A stretch of DNA of 59,655 nucleotides, the filler included, from Catajapyx aquilonaris (Eukaryota), in assembly GCA_000934665.2 (NCBI GenBank). It is 2 parts of 2 records of this genome, joined end to end, with 100 filler letters (N's around TTAATTAATTAA, not from the genome) between each part and the next. Parts side by side here need not be neighbours in the genome. Positions count along the whole stretch, not along the records: positions 29,889 to 59,655 come from KZ539206.1; 1 more part is not named here. The stretch is one strand, 5' to 3'. The position numbers were made by a program, and so were the translations under genes. Of the stretch, positions 39,334-51,619 are shown in pieces (the stretch's first letter is position 1; the number at the start of each line of letters is the position of its first letter). The notes below the pieces were generated by a model that worked only from the letters and a program-made list of their open reading frames with translations, was not told where the DNA came from and did no database searches.

Positions 39334-39613
39334 TAATAATAATAATAATAACAATAATTGATACCCCGTGATAGGCCTCCTTGGGCCTCTTAGGGGATCA
39401 TCTTTTAAATACCCGTCTTTAATCATTGCCTTTGCTGTGATGGATTTTGATTGTGGGAGGAAACGGGAGAACTCCGAGAAAACCCACGTGAACACGGAGA
39501 GAACCCATCGAAACTCTATCCGCATAAGTATCCTCCGTCTGACCTGGAGATAGAACTCGGGACCTCAGAGGTGGAAGGCTGCGGCACTAACCACTACGCC
39601 ACCGTGTCGCCCT
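39292..39613 (-). mobile_element. tRNA-derived SINE with a V-domain-like body and (TTA)n tail
   Basis: A box TGGCGTAGTGG and a B-box-like segment. Body gtgggttttctcggagttctcccgtttcctcccaca. 15-bp TSD atttggctcaattaa (39277-39291, 39614-39628). Confidence 0.9.
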
Positions 39614-40134
39614 ATTTGGCTCAATTAAAATTAATTGTCATTCGTCAAACATATCTATTATTTTCTCGCTAGCCATGCATCACCCAGGATTAAAACTGAA
39701 CATATTGAATCTTGTATCATGGGTCACAACTCCTGTCACCAAATATGACTGCTCTTACACTAATACATCACTAATTTTTGGGGTCGAAACACTTGAGACA
39801 TGTTACTGAGCGTGTGACCGATGGAATGCCAGACATGTTTTTCGGAGTGCATTTTTGAGAAAATCAAATTCCATAGGCTACTCATGTTTCACTTTCTTTT
39901 GAGTATATGTTGACTGGGTTTTGACCACTTCCAATAACCGAAAAAAAAACTATCCAAAAAAGGTCCCAGTTTCAACATTTCGCAATTTTTTCTCTCCCCA
40001 CTGTATTTCGCAATTTGGCTGAAACTTTATATGCGTTGTTACGGCATAGGTGTGTAGAGCTGTGATTATTTTCAGAAAAATCCGAGATGGTCTAGCAACA
40101 TTTAGGCCCACTTGATTGGGAAAACACTGCTGTA

Positions 40135-40674
40135 GAGTAAAACTCATATAAGTCTTAAGTTCTCTATAAGTCGAAAATGATGAGCTTGGTTGGTCACAAT
40201 GTAAAATAATAGGAAATGAACTTCCCTAACTCGAATTTCTATAACTCGAAGTGCAGGCAGGGCCTTACGATGGGATATCAATGCATTTTCAGTCTCCCTA
40301 AGTCGAAGTTCATGTTGGCGAGTACGGAAAATTTTCTCATTTCCCAGCCGAAGGGTTGAGAGTAGGCCACATGTACAGAAAGGTTCAATTTCCTGATCTC
40401 CGTCTACCAGACGTACCGAAAGAAGTGTTTGACTCGATTGTGACAATTGAATCCTTGAGTCTAAGAGTAGGCAAATGTCCATAACGAGGAACATTGTAAG
40501 TGTGATAATGACAGTTATTTTTAAGTTTTGAACACCTTTCGTCGCTGGATGTAAAGGTAGGCTTGCTTATAGAGTTATGTGCTTAAAAAAAGCCGAACTT
40601 CTCTAACTCGAATCTTCTATAACTCAAATTTTTTTTCCTGTCCCATGGAGATTCGACTTATAGAAGTTTTACTA
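40135..40674. mobile_element. Tigger/pogo-like MITE inserted in the right arm of the CMC element
   Basis: Ends (g)agtaaaact...agttttact(a), with TA flanks and subterminal ataactcgaa repeats. It interrupts the arm-to-arm alignment exactly. Confidence 0.8.
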
Positions 40675-42163
40675 TATTTGAGGATTTTGTTTTTTTGACT
40701 GCCCCGAAGTCATAAACAAAATAATCAAAGACAAAATGAATGCCCATTATGAGTTACTTGTGACCTAAGGAACACGAATATGACAATGAATTTCCATGGA
40801 CAAAAAATAGTCAAATTCTGTTGCATAGTGTAATGTAGCTGTCTCTGGAGGTGATTTGGAAGATTTTTACCTGCACTTGTGAGGGTCTCATGGTTATTGC
40901 TGTGATGGCAGTGAGGTTAGTAGGTCAGGTTAGGATATTAATTTTTACTTTTGTGGTGTAAGTTAATTTTATCATCTCCTTCATCACCAACTACCCATTA
41001 CAAAGGGAAATGTTACGATTTCCAGAGCACTACTACTACTGTGATTACGCACTAGTTCTAGTTAGTATCCCAGGGGTGTTATCAAGGTAGCATTTTCTTT
41101 GATGTCCAGAACATTGGAAAAGGTGAGTTGGGAGTGATTTACATGATCTGCGACACCATTTTTTTCTCCAAGCTCTCACAGCCTGTGAAATGGTTTCTTC
41201 TGTCATTTTGTTTTCCTGCTTTCCTCTCCCCTCTCTCCAAGGGTTTGTTGTGGTTGAAATGCTCTTCCATGATGTCATATTTCTTCACACCCCTTTACAT
41301 CCATAAAATGAGCAAACTATAGGCTACCTAAAAATGTGAAACTATATGCATGCATGGCTCCTGCCCCTGTAGGGTGTTCCTCAGCAACTGGATGATCTCT
41401 GGCATGGTTTGTGACTGTTCTTCCAAAGTATTTGTGAAGTTACATAATTGTCAAACATAATACCATGTGGGACTTAAGTTAACATCAATCCATAGTGATG
41501 GAAATTCTGCATAAGCTCCTCACACACGTTTGCAACCTAATTGGCAGGTGTGGTGGGCTGAATGAGTGTACATAAATTCTGAACAAATTATATCTAGAAG
41601 GTGCCAACTTGATGAGGACCACTGCAAGATTTCCACTTCCGTGGATCCGATTTTCTTTTCCATCTGTTGTTTTGGTTGGCACTGTCGACTGAAACAATGT
41701 TTCAAAGAAGGAAGAAGCCAGGCTAGTTGAATTTAGCGAATGTAAGGGTTGGTTTGGTTTGGTTAAATAAAACAAAATGAAAAAATTAGGGGCCCTCGTG
41801 GGGGCGGGAGGGGGGGTGAGGTTCCCAAGGGAGGGCGCTCTTAATTTGTTTTTTAGAGTCATTTCTGACCCTGTTACATACTAGACCACCATGCCACCCC
41901 CCTAATTTGGGATTACATTAACTGCTGCGTTCGCGTGTTTGATGTGGCATTGCAGGGCATGAGTGCAATGACCATTATTATAACATAACCTCTGCATTAT
42001 CTCAGGGCGTTTTCATTCTATCATAATTAATTTGCAAAACATTAAAAACTGTTCTTATTGAGTAGCATTTGATGCAAAGTTGAGACAGTTTCTTAGCAAA
42101 AAATTAGAACAGCGTAAGCTACAGTTGTCCTTGGTCTCCCCTGCCTACATCACCCATAAAATA

Positions 42164-42601
42164 CAGTTGAATCCGGATATAACACACTTCAAGGGACCGC
42201 GGAAAAAAGTCTGTTATAAGTAACCGAAGTCTGTTATAGTCAAATCGTCACTTTTGCAACGAATAGACGAAGTTTTCTGCTTTTCATGTGCCATTAATGC
42301 ACACTACTACATACTGATTAATGAAATCCACCAAAAATGCAATATTAGCTCACCCAAAAATTATGCAGGACCAAAAAAAATCCGCAATTTTCTTCTGCCA
42401 TCTCCTTTTTGCAAATTTTATACCAGAGACAGCATTTTTTCCCTTTAAGGGGCCAAGAAATGGTCTGTTATACCTGACGTGAGGTGAAAATGAGTATGTT
42501 ATATCAGGACGAAAAATACACTGGGTGTCTTATGGAAGTATGCCGGGGCCGGCCTTTCGAGCCTGTTATAACCGAAAATCTGTTTTATCCAGATTCAACT
42601 G
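42164..42601. mobile_element. Tigger/pogo-like MITE
   Basis: TIRs cagttgaatccggatataac / gttttatccagattcaactg, TA flanks and subterminal tctgttata repeats. Confidence 0.85.
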
Positions 42602-43023
42602 TACAAGTTTCAAAAATTGTTCAACTATGTTATTAAAAGGAAGGTAATGGATGATGATTGTGTACAGTGTAATTAGGCTTGTGTAAGATTTCTGAGACGA
42701 ATTTACCGAGTTGATTTTGGTGATTTTGGCTTCATTACAACAATTGCCAAAATCAACTAGGATGATTGGTCTTTGAAATTCACAAGAAACCTACATCTAA
42801 AGGGAATCTCACACTTTTGGCACCACCCTACACATTATCATACAGGGTGATGCAAAATAGAGTGCTCGAACATTGGGGGATCGAAGAGGGTTTCCAGGTG
42901 CTCATTTTATGCATATGTGTCATTGGTCGGCACAGCCTAATTGGCAAGATAATTAGCACGAATTAAAGAATGCATTATACCATCACCTATGTCACTGATA
43001 CATACCATTTCCATCACCTAGGC

Positions 43024-43338
43024 CAGTGGTTCCCAACCTGTGGGGGTCCCAAAGGAGTTGTAAAGGGTTTTCTGGGGCATTGCAGAGGTTCATTTTACAT
43101 TAACAAACACTTCACAACAAATTATGCAGTTGTTTGCCCGGTGCAAGTGTGTGCAACCATCTCATATGTTGGGTTAATTAAATATTAGGTAATATTTATG
43201 TTATGAAAATATTTTGTTTTCTTTACCCTGAAAATTGCCTTTATATGCAAATGTGTGTGTGTGNNNNNNNNNNNNNGTCACAGGTTACTTGGCTATTATA
43301 AAAGGAGATCGTGACTCAAGAAAGGTTGGGAACCACTG
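43024..43338. mobile_element. hAT/Charlie-like MITE nested in an older CAGGGTG-ended MITE (about 42843-43592)
   Basis: 16-bp TIRs cagtggttcccaacct / aggttgggaaccactg. The TSD is degenerate. Confidence 0.75.
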
Positions 43339-43596
43339 GGCCTGGCCATTACCTGCAACACCTAATGGGATCATGTGTTAATTTTAATTTGCACTGTAAC
43401 ACCAAATTTAATGAAGAAGTTAAGGCTACCTGGAGGGGTGCATACCTGCCAAGATATTTTTATACTTTGTATTTGAAGCCTGATGTCTTTGTAACTAAAC
43501 TGCTCAGACCAATGACACCTATGCATAAAATTATCACCTAGAACTCTTCTACCATCCTTAAGTGTTTGTGCACGTTAATTTTCTGCACCCTGCATG

Positions 43597-44278
43597 CAAG
43601 ATGTTTATTTCTAGTATGTCATCCACCAAGCAGGGTACTCTTGGCTCAAAGCAAGTCAAATATGTAGGGGGAGAAATGTCAAGGGCCCAAATGGGGACAT
43701 GGTAAACGACCAGACAGATTTACCAGCCCCTAGACGTGCACGACAACACCCACAACACCTTTTTTGTAGGGGAGATCCCCTTACAGATGGACCCATGTAC
43801 TATGGGGCTCAAATTGTTTTGGCCACTTTATCCTGGTCTTGAAGCAACCCTTCACACACACACACACACCTGCTCAACGTGGGGCCTGTGTGAAGAGTTG
43901 CTTCAAGACCAGGATAAAGTGACCAAAACAATTTGAGCCCCATAGTGCCTACCATGGTTGACTAGGGAGCAGGACATGAGCATGATGATTATTACTGTTC
44001 AATAAGTTACCTCGCAAAATCCAGTCAGTCATAATTATCATGCCTATATCCTGCTACCTAGGGAACCACTGCAGCTATGCAGGTCCATCTGTGAGAGGAT
44101 CTCCTTTACAAAAAGGTGTTGTGTGCATTGCTGTGCTGTTGAGGAGTAGGCCAATGAGTCTCGTCATCTATCTCTGTGCTGGTTTGTACCTTGACATTTC
44201 TTACCCCTACATTTTTTACTTTCTTTGGGCCAACAAATACACTGCTGGCTAGATGACATACCAGTAAGAAACACCCTG
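43597..44278. mobile_element. Old MITE with long diverged TIRs (fragment also at about 30130-30221)
   Basis: Inverted similarity between 43597-43800 and 44075-44278. Right end agtaagaaacaccctg|ta. Confidence 0.6.
43798..43947. mobile_element. Short palindromic element family (copies at about 22975-23087, 23215-23319 and 24744-24867)
   Basis: Arms ctatggggctcaaattgttttggccactttatcctggtcttgaagcaac around a (CA)n centre. Right terminus ccccatagtg. Confidence 0.8.
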
Positions 44279-45249
44279 TATGTGATATGGAGATCAAGGG
44301 CGTTTTCAGGTTATATGCTGTGTGTGCATAATACGTATGTAAAGTGGAGCCAGCATTAAAAGGCAGGTCTCATCTGCCCCCTTATGCCACTATCTCTAGA
44401 CAACCCAACATGATAACATGATAAGAAGCTTGGCAAGAGATGTATAAGAATTGTACTGGTATGTCATGCATTTGACACAAGGTAATATCATAATTATGCA
44501 AGGCATGATCACTCCGCCTTTCCTGCAACATCTCATCACCTTGAGATATTACCTAACTTTATTAATTGATTAATTGTTAATGGATTTAGATTTTGTGAGG
44601 AAATGGGAGAATCCTGAGAAAATCCATGTGAACATGAAAAGAACCTGTCAAAACTCTCTCCCATGAGAATCTGTTTGTCTGACCCGAGGAAGTGTGGCAA
44701 CATGATAGTAACATTCCCTGGAAACCCTAGCTGTGTGTGGGCGAGCAGTACCACATTGGAAAATGGCTCTTTGCAGACCTGCCATAAAAGGCAACGCATG
44801 AGGGTGTAAGATTTCCTGACTAGCTCTGTGCTGTCAATGCTCCTGGTATTACTATTAGTGGTGAATGTCTGGAGGGGCACCACCATCTTTAAGCAGATGA
44901 TGATATCCAGCCCACACTTCACCAATTGAATAACTCTCGGAAGTTATGAGCACCACACGAATTCGTAACTTTTTCTCTCAAACACCATCCCAAATGGCAA
45001 ATTTTTAAACAACATTATTGCATTTTTCTCCTGTTAATATGAGCCCTCTGCTCCTTGAAGCATTGCCGAAGGTGCATTGCCATCTTTTCAAAGCTGCTGT
45101 CGAACTCCCCGTCTCCCATTGTCAAACTGCCTGAAATTGTGAGTTCACAACCGTCCTCAGTGAGTAGCATCCCAAACTGCTGGTTTTGACTTTTTTAAAT
45201 GGCACATATCTTTTTCAATTGATCAAGCTAGTAGAATATGTGACACAGT

Positions 45250-45430
45250 GGGGTGATATGGTGATGTAATGGCTCTCAAATCTTCCAACCATTTTCATCC
45301 TACCACCTCTGGGGTCCTGTGTTCAATCCCCTTGTCAGACATGACTTTCTCATAGTTTCTAAAGGTCCTCTCCATGTCAGCATGGCTTTACTCAGGGTTC
45401 TTTTGGTTTCCTCCTATTGTCCAAAAACAC
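45250..45430 (+). mobile_element. Degraded V-domain-like SINE
   Basis: ccacctctggggtcctgtgttcaatccc and ggttcttttggtttcctcct resemble the SINE at 39292-39613. Confidence 0.55.
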
Positions 45431-47516
45431 CTCTTCCCATTCAGTGTGGTATTCAATTTACTTTTGCTTTCTTTCCTGATCCCTGATTACTTGGTGATAT
45501 TACTCTGGTGTGGCAGCAATAAGTCTCTTTTGTACCAAAATACCTGACTCCGATGAATTAACAACAATAACATACAATAGACCTCTCTCAGTTCACATGT
45601 GAATTTGGTGTAGTACCAGCACATCAGTAGATCATACCTGGGCCACACTACAATGGTTGGCTGAGTGGTGGTAGAACTAGGAAGTGAAGACAATAAATAT
45701 GGCTGCCCAAGAAAATGCTGTAGGTCATAAACTGTGCCAAAGATGTGCTAAAGGGGATGTAACAAGGTGGAATGTGCAAATTAGCAGCCATTGTGGTACA
45801 ACCAACAATGGAAAAATTGTAAAGCAATAGCAAGTGCAGTATGTGCGCATGCCAGTGACTAGCTAATGCAGATGCAATCGAGACATAATTGAAGGGTTTC
45901 TGGTAATACTTGCTCATAACCCTCAATATAATTGTGATTGAGAACAATGATGCTCTCAGAATCATTACTTGAGAATATTATGTACTTAGCTGCAAGCTAT
46001 ACTTAAAGGTGATGGTACGAGTACTGTTGATGGTCAACTGAGATGACTAATGGCAAATGCCATATTGGACTCATAAGCAAGGGTGTATCTCAGAATTGTG
46101 TGCACAGTTTATTCCAGCAGGAGGTCAATTGTTGTAAGAGGTAACACCTGTCATATCACAGGTATCACCAAATAGTAACAGTTCATGGTAAAATTCTTCA
46201 TTTTTACTGTGTGTATGGCATAACAGAGGCTGACCTACCATTGAATGTGTAATGGCTGCATAAATTCATCGGTGGGTTGGCTTTATGAACAAGAATGAAA
46301 TTATCCTCTTTGTTTACTGCAGGGAATGAAACCATCTCATTGTCAAATCTTGAGCCATGCTAATAAGGGTTAACATTATTTGTGACCATGAGGATGCTGT
46401 TACAACTTTTACTATATGTCTGTAACATTAATGTAGAGATATCCAGCATTTGTGTTCAGCCTCTCCATCTAGCTGATGCATGTAATATCCTGTCTTCAGT
46501 CTTCTTCACTAATCTTATGTATGGTGTTCTTGATGCACAGTTTCAGTTTTTAAAATATGAAGTGCTTATCAAGGGATTGAATGAGTTAACAAAATGTTTG
46601 GATTATGTGAGACAGGAGATAATGAAGCCCAGTTGTATAAATGCAAATTAAGCTAAAGTGTCCAATTGGGTCCTAGCCTAGGCTTTGGATTTGGGAAATT
46701 TGTACACAAGTAGCTCAACCATACCAATTCCACCACTTTTCAGCATGAAAATATCAATCCTTGATAAATTATTGCGGGTTTAAAAGTCACTCTCAAATTG
46801 GCAGGGAAAAAGGGGGCTTACCATAAAGGCGCATTCCCACTGCTGCCATCCCCTTCCTGGGGGCATACGTGAGGCAGGTCCACCCCGGGGCAACCCATAG
46901 CAGGCAGGCAATGGCACCCAACCCCGAGAAGGATCAATGCAGCTCGAATGACAGGTGGAGAGTCAGAACGCGTCCCTGCCTCATATAACCTTCCACCCTG
47001 TGTTACCTCACACAGGGTAACAATGGGCAACAATGGATAATAAAATCGATTACATCTCGAAAACTAATACATATTTCTAAAAAAAAAAAACGTCAAAATT
47101 AATTTTAAAATACGTACGATTTTTTACATGTGTTTGCAAAATGTAGGATAGGACCCCATTATTAGGTACTCATAATGCATAATCAGAGGTGTTTCTTAAT
47201 TCAAATTAATGCCAATATTAGAGGGTTACTGAAATTACTGGAATATCCTGCTATATTAGGAATGCATATGAGCATCTTACCACAAGCTGTCATTTCAGAG
47301 GATCAGCCCACATTGGCAAGGAAGGTCTTACCGGAGATTTGAACCATGCTCATTTCATTCAAATGTAGTTCACCATGGCCAAGTTCTGCCACTTGAGGAG
47401 ATGCTGAATGGTGAGGCGTAATGTGCCCAATCCTGAGTCGTCCCAGCACAATCTCCCGATACAATATTAGTGTTTTATTTTTTGAACTGGAAGACAGTTT
47501 GTTGTAATTTATTGTA

Positions 47517-48710
47517 CGAGGGAGGATCAGAAAGTAAATGACAACTTTTTTTTTCACGGCTATTCTTTATCGCACTCAAACACTACATGGTACATATGAA
47601 AGCTGAACTCTCTCACTACTTCTCAACATAATTTCCCTGGACATAGAGGCATTTGTCCCACCGATTTACCAATTTGAATATGCCTTCCTCGTAAAACGTG
47701 TCCAGCTGCATATCGATGGTGATAGGTCAGAAGGGCGTATGAGCCTGTAAGGGAATTTTACATGAGAGGGAAAAAACGTTTCATTATTTCAATATTCATT
47801 ATAATTTTGTAACTTTTTTGTGCAGCACACATCTTATCTGCATTGAAACGTGTGTTTGCTGCACAAAAAAGTTGCAAAATTATAATGAATATTGAAATAA
47901 TGAAACGTTTTTTTCCCTCTCATGTAAAATTCCCTTACAGGCTCATACGCCCTTCTGACCTATCACCCTCGACTATGGAGCCACTGTCGCACTGACTTCT
48001 GAAGCGCGTCATCGTCCGCGAGGTGCGTCCCTGCCAGATGCTTCTTAATTGGACAGAATAAGTGAAAATCACTAGGTGCTAGGTCAGGGCTGTAAGCAGG
48101 GTGTTGAAGCACGTCCCATCCCCATGAAACCAATTTTGCTCTGACCAAATTGGCGACATGTGGCCGGGCGTTGTCATGGAGCAGCACGACGTCCTCCAGT
48201 GGCCTGGTGGGTCTCTTTTTGCGAATGGTTGAACAAAGTTTGCTAAGGATATGGCCGTACACATCCTTCATGACCGTCATACCCTTTGGAAGTCAATGAG
48301 CAGCACACCCTGCCAGTCCCAAAAGACTGTCACCATAACTTTTCCCGCTGAGGGCACGGTCTTGAACTTTATTGGGGGTGGAGAATTGGTGTGTCGTCAT
48401 TGCATACTGGACATCTTGCTTTCTGGGACGTAGTGGTGAGCCCAGGCTTCAGCACCAGTGACAATTCGTCCCAAGAAACGATTGCCCTCAACATACCGCA
48501 CAACACTCCTGTGCTCTATCTTCGTGGACAGCTGCAATGGGCACACCATTTTGCTTTGCCTGCCAGCTGGGTCTTGGTGGCACTACAGCTGCACCATATG
48601 TGGAGTAAATAGTGAAATAGTTCAGCTTTCATATGTATCATGTAGTGTTTCAGTGCGATAAAGAATAGCCGTGAAAAAAAAGTTGTCATTTACTTTCTGA
48701 TCCGTCCTCG
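47517..48710 (-). mobile_element. Defective mariner (DD34D) transposon
   Basis: About 95-bp TIRs (cgagggaggatcagaaagtaaatgacaac...) with TA on both flanks. Transposase motifs IVTG[A]EAW, SAGKVMVTVFWD, HDNARPH, YSPDLAPSDFHLF and RWDKC are present. It carries a first catalytic Asp-to-Ala change, a premature stop, a frameshift and an N-terminal deletion. Confidence 0.95.
47713..47973. mobile_element. Near-perfect palindromic MITE nested in the mariner ORF
   Basis: About 120-bp inverted arms, with TA at 47711-47712 and 47974-47975. Removing the element and one TA restores WLHMQLDTFYEEGIFKLVNRWDKC. Confidence 0.9.
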
Positions 48711-49718
48711 TAGAATTGTATGGGGATGATCAAAATCACTGGTAAAACAGACCAAAGTGACAGGGTTCTGTAGTTCTTGACAACCTGGTGTGAAATACTC
48801 GTAGCTTCAGAAATGTTTTGATAAAGCACTAATTGTAAACAAGACAAATGGGGATGCCTTATAATGTTTTTATATATTTTTTGTTGCATAGTGTTGTTGT
48901 TGGAAAGGAAGCTCCACTGACTGTGTATATAGTTGATGGAGGTGGGGGCAGCCTTTACAGAAAATCTGCCCCCTTGCATTTGAAAGCCTTGGCCGAAGTT
49001 ATTTGACTCACATGGTTAATAGTACTTGTTAGAAGTCAGTTTGGGGCATTTAAATCACTAGTGTGTAATTGAAAAGGAAGACAGAACACAACTGCTGTAC
49101 ATGAAATCATTGTTTTGTGTTGGGCTACTTTTGAAGTGCTAGAACCATACCATACCATTCATTGCCAATCCCAATCCAACTACAATATTTCTTCTGATGC
49201 CGGTTTGCACTGTCCTGGATAGTAGGTCAGGTGTCCGTGGCAGCTCATTGCATTATCACGTGGCATGATAACGCTTTTAGCAAATGATTTGTGCTGTGTA
49301 TGGACCTTGTCACGTTAATGGCTATTGCATAATATGAAGTAAATGCTATGTTTAAGGTCAGTTGTGCATGTGTGGAAGCAGATGGAATGAACAAGAGGAT
49401 GCAAGTAGCATTAATGCGACAGTAGATGTTTTGTCATAAAATTTATATACATGTTGTGTCACAATGTGACATGCTTTCACGATGTAATTCAGTCTAATGT
49501 ACTCACATCTGTAATTGAATTATTGTTTAATATTCTCATTATATCAAGGCAATTGTTAAAACATGACTGGCAGCTTATGAGTAAGGAACTAATGCCATGG
49601 TCGTTTGCAATGCAATACGTTAAAGAAAAGGCAGATCTGCAATGCACATCCTTGTACACCTAAAGCTGTATAAAATATGTCTGCCAACAATAATTACATG
49701 TCTCAATATGTATTTTAG

Positions 49719-49813
49719 GTTGTCCTACCACACCAGCACGAAGCCTCAATACCAGTCGGGAGAGTGACACAGGAGGAGGCAAAGTGGACGAGTCTGTAGT
49801 ATCGGCCGAGGTG
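49719..49813 (+). CDS. Probable PIP5K type I, C-terminal tail exon C
   Basis: tattttag|GT TGT CCT...GAG GTG|gtgagt encodes (G)CPTTPARSLNTSRESDTGGGKVDESVVSAEV. Its phase 1 start matches exon B across a 15.8-kb intron, giving GDLGCPTTP. Confidence 0.7.
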
Positions 49814-50504
49814 GTGAGTGCAAACCATCACATTGTGTCGCTGCAGTAACTGCATACGCTTGTTGAAATGTGTATATTGAGTGAAGGGAGCAAATGGCGA
49901 AGCTGCTTTACATTTATGTGTGCCCTTGACATCGCCAGTGCAAGCACTGTTTGGTTGCACCTTTCTCACCAGCACCGACCTGCCACAGGCTACTTGGCAT
50001 GCCCTGTTATGTGTATACTATATGAAATTGAAATATTTCTTTCCTCAGAAGCACATTATTATATGTGAGGTCGTCTTTTCTGTTTTGTTACTGTTGGCAG
50101 GCCCCATCCATGTATGTCCTTTTTTTTTTACTGCAGCCAAGTATTATTTTATTATACAAATAAATTTTTTATTCAAGTTAGAGCTTGTTTTCTTGGTCTT
50201 TTTCTGTTCTGTATTTGTTATTTTTTTCTTGCTTGTGTTGTGCACAATGCTTTTCATGCTGTGGAAATGCTGAGCTCTGAGTCCACTGCGAAACATCACA
50301 GGAATCTAGGCAACTGTTGGAGTGCCCTTTCAGGTCAGCATATGGCATGCATGTTGTTGCTCTGAACTGCTTTATTATTAAAATATATCATATTGCAAAC
50401 CATTGGAACACTGTATTTTATGTTCCTCTTATTACTTGCAGAGGTGAAGGTTGTATACAAAACCAGTTTTTAAGTGGATAATGTGTGTTTTCTTCTTATT
50501 GCAG

Positions 50505-50516
50505 ACTCACCTGTGA
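50505..50516 (+). CDS. Candidate terminal coding segment (THL-stop) of the plus-strand gene
   Basis: Strong acceptor gtgtgttttcttcttattgcag|ACT CAC CTG TGA. A phase-0 join to exon C gives the C-terminus ...SAEVTHL*. Confidence 0.45.
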   Translation, partial: THL

Positions 50517-51452
50517 TGGGAAGACTCTGTTACATGGAAGAAATTAATGCATTGTGGGCCTACAGCATGCATCATTACAATAGGAAGGCATTGGGAATGG
50601 ATTATTGTAACTAGCTGTTGAGCGTTATCAGCCCATCCCCTCATCATCACCTGTAGGAACTATATTTTGCGACTCAATGCGTGTGTAACGATAAAAGCCA
50701 CGTTCCCATGCCCCTGTTATCTACTGGCATTAAGATTTTGTGAATCGTTAACATGAACATTATTGTATTCATAAATATTTTGTATTTTTTGTCCTTAAGT
50801 TATTGTTATTGTTGTTGCTGTTCTTGTTGTTTTTCCTTTGTTTGCAAAGGACAGTTTGCATATCTGAAAATAGTGGAACAAGGTATCATCAACACCACCA
50901 TCCTGCATTATGTATGTAATGCTTACATGTCACAAGTGTAACTGTTATTTTGCAAGGGAGTAGTTCGATCAGCTATTTGTTGTAGACATGAACACTTGTG
51001 TGCATTTATGTATGCGTGTGAAAATGAGTGAGTGCATACTTGCATCTATGTGTTGTCAAGAAATGTGGAAAAGTATATACTGTCCCATCTAATAATACTA
51101 CTTGTTGCATATAACAGAATAGGTTGGTGAATGCGGACGGTTTACCATTTAATTGTCTGGCTGTACAGTTCCTTTTTCCCCCTTCTCCATGTGTCGGTGC
51201 TACATGTCACCTCCTTTGCCTTCCAATTCAGGAGAGTAGCTAGACAATATTGTACATTTATGCATAAATAATATCCATGAGTGGCAGGTTGTTGGTATAC
51301 AGCCCACTAGTCAAAACTGAGAATCAGTGTGTACAATATGCAGACTTGGGAAGATGCAACATGACAGACAATGAATTCTTTTTAACTGTCAAGTATTATT
51401 GCATGAGTGGAAAAAAAAGAGAGTGGTAGTCACCTATTGTGCTCTGGTACAG

Positions 51453-51619
51453 TGATGGACATTAATCGAGGCAGACTGCCAGCGACATTTTCTGAAGCGG
51501 CAGAAGAAAGAATCGAAGATAAGGATACTGCAAGCCGGGCGAGCAAGAGTCCTTCTGCTTCGGAAAATGTTGCTAGCAGTATGCCTCGATTTATGTCCAA
51601 CACTGTACATGCAGCTTGA
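51453..51619 (+). CDS. Candidate alternative terminal exon of the plus-strand gene
   Basis: ctctggtacag|TG ATG GAC... encodes (x)MDINRGRLPATFSEAAEERIEDKDTASRASKSPSASENVASSMPRFMSNTVHAA*. Phase 1, with coding-like composition and retained CpGs. An AATAAA lies downstream at about 52026. Confidence 0.5.

Larger units (their letters stand above)
38794..40830. mobile_element. Non-autonomous CMC-superfamily (Chapaev3-like) element with long TIRs and two nested insertions
   Basis: Ends CACTATGCAACA...TGTTGCATAGTG, flanked by TAA on both sides. Imperfect inverted arms of about 480 bp. Confidence 0.8.

Noticed and set aside
46820..46985. GC-rich segment considered as an HDV-like ribozyme or LINE 5'UTR
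   Set aside because: I could not build the double pseudoknot, and the putative L3 loop is too short.
47713..47972. TCGA as a 4-bp TSD of the nested MITE
   Set aside because: Only the TA-duplication model restores the transposase reading frame.
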